From positions 1 through 38,556 of the forward strand of contig JBDSEW010000353.1 in NCBI GenBank assembly GCA_039919825.1: a stretch of DNA of 38,556 bases, in the 5' to 3' direction. The notes under the pieces are model-generated. The model worked only from the letters and a program-made list of their open reading frames with translations, had not been told where the DNA came from and did not search any database. This document shows, one piece after another, positions 37,411 through 38,556 of the stretch. Position 1 is the stretch's first letter; each line of letters opens with the position of its first letter. This DNA is from Chitinophagales bacterium. Lineage in GTDB: Bacteria > Bacteroidota > Bacteroidia > Chitinophagales > UBA10324. The translations under genes and the position numbers were made by a program.

Positions 37411-38556
37411 TTAACGCTCAATCACCAATTTACTGGTCACCACTTCTTTATTGGTAGCGAGTTGCAGCAGGTATAAACCTGAAGGTACATCGCTGCTGTT
37501 GAATGTTACCTGATGACTTCCTTCCGGATACATTGCATTACTTATTTCATCTATCACTTTTCCATTGAGATCAATCAGCCTGATAGTTATCGGTGATGCA
37601 TCGTATAAAGAGAATGAAATGGTGGTGTTATCTGAGGCAGGATTGGGGAAAATTCCTGCTTCGAGGGGTGCATTTACCTGCTCATTTAACAATCTAAGTG
37701 GAGGAGTTGTGAAATCGGGACCCATGGTAAAAGGTGATGCGATGAGTGGCTGGTTGGCACATATACTTTGAACGGCCCATTTATAGGTGGTGTTCGGAAG
37801 CAGGTTGCCGAGTTTTTTTGAATTTCCTGAGGATGATTTTTTAATTCCAGCAGGGTTACCGTCCTGATGATAAAAAATCTTATAGCCTATGGCGCCAGGT
37901 GCAACATTCCACTGTACTTTAGCCGAAGTGCTTGTAAGATTGGAAACGAAAAGTTCGATAGGTTGCGGGCAGTCATTTACTGCTAACTTGCTCAGCACGA
38001 CGTCATCCACATAGAATTCAGCATCCTGAGCATTAAAGGCATATGCAAAAATGTTCATCCCTCCCCACATCTTTTGTGCACCGGTTCCGGTAGCGCCGAG
38101 CGACCATTGCCAGTTGTAAACAGAGGCTGAATTAATGTAAAGCACAGCAAGATCATTGTTGAGATCCACACTCACTTTGATATCGTTCCACGTGCCGGGA
38201 TTGTAGCTAATAGGGATTGTTGCACCGCCCGCCAGTGCATTTCCACCACCTGCATTATCAAAATATACCTCCAGCATCCATGCGATGCCGGGCACCGCGC
38301 TTTGCTGAAGGTTGAAGTAAGCTCCCTTGCCGATTACTATGTACATCTTCATCTTCAATTCATAAACTCCGGAAGTGTAGTCGGATGGAAATGGGAGAAC
38401 AAGATCCGTGGGCCCCGTATTACCGACAATGTAAACGGAATTGGATTCGCTATATGCCTGCGCATCGCTTACCAGTGCATCTTCGGATGCAGTGCCACCG
38501 GACCACGTAGTCCAGAGTGCAGAATTAGCTGCAAGCAGTGAACCGGCAGTATAACT
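37411..38556 (-). CDS. secreted LamG/jelly-roll-like + fibronectin-III protein with T9SS C-terminal sorting domain (partial; 5' end outside the window)
   Basis: The frame stays open from 38358 to the window edge (..SYTAGSLLAANSALWTTWSGGTASEDALVSD..). An FN3-like segment is present (P..L.VSNLTSTSAKVQWN.APGAIGYKIFY). The C-terminus is GIFPNPASDNTTISF...GLYLLQL...KLVIER. Confidence 0.8.
   Translation of the reverse strand, partial: SYTAGSLLAANSALWTTWSGGTASEDALVSDAQAYSESNSVYIVGNTGPTDLVLPFPSDYTSGVYELKMKMYIVIGKGAYFNLQQSAVPGIAWMLEVYFDNAGGGNALAGGATIPISYNPGTWNDIKVSVDLNNDLAVLYINSASVYNWQWSLGATGTGAQKMWGGMNIFAYAFNAQDAEFYVDDVVLSKLAVNDCPQPIELFVSNLTSTSAKVQWNVAPGAIGYKIFYHQDGNPAGIKKSSSGNSKKLGNLLPNTTYKWAVQSICANQPLIASPFTMGPDFTTPPLRLLNEQVNAPLEAGIFPNPASDNTTISFSLYDASPITIRLIDLNGKVIDEISNAMYPEGSHQVTFNSSDVPSGLYLLQLATNKEVVTSKLVIER

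Noticed and set aside
1-38556. Search for CRISPR arrays, tRNA/rRNA/tmRNA genes, IS elements, integrases and prophage genes
   Set aside because: I saw no regularly spaced direct repeats and no cloverleaf-like sequences in intergenic gaps. No transposase or integrase motifs appeared in any ORF. This by-eye scan cannot exclude small ncRNAs.

Overview
This is a Bacteroidota-type chromosomal segment: several secreted proteins end in T9SS/Por C-terminal sorting domains, and TAnnTTTG-like -7 boxes are present. About 0-22.4 kb and 33.4-38.6 kb are ordinary core genes. These are the mnmG 3' end, a hotdog thioesterase, an SDR, sbcD-sbcC, a Tat-signal class-V PLP enzyme, and the thrS-infC-rpmI-rplT operon. 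They continue with a TPR lipoprotein, an SPFH protein plus a 57-aa Arc/RHH gene missing from the ORF track, aat, a DDAH-like amidinotransferase, and a TMEM175-type channel. The rest are an SGNH hydrolase, an Asp-box propeller, recR and several repeat-rich T9SS cargo proteins. The standout is 22.4-33.1 kb, a polymorphic-toxin locus built around one uninterrupted 2591-aa Rhs/YD-repeat ORF (25324..33099, minus strand). That ORF has a Sec signal peptide, an SpvB-like N-terminus and a roughly 1230-aa N-terminal module. It also has a roughly 230-aa insertion splitting the Rhs core. After the ...VDPNGM cleavage motif comes a 230-aa cysteine-free C-terminal payload that I cannot assign to any named toxin family. 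A 139-aa immunity candidate with no signal peptide overlaps the toxin stop (ATGA). Downstream lie decayed coding remnants, a lipoprotein-type candidate orphan immunity gene and a truncated T9SS-CTD fragment. A sharp drop in G+C coincides with the toxin-tip boundary. I found no CRISPR array, tRNA/rRNA gene, integrase or transposase. All family assignments come from motif recognition by eye and need HMM or structure searches to confirm.
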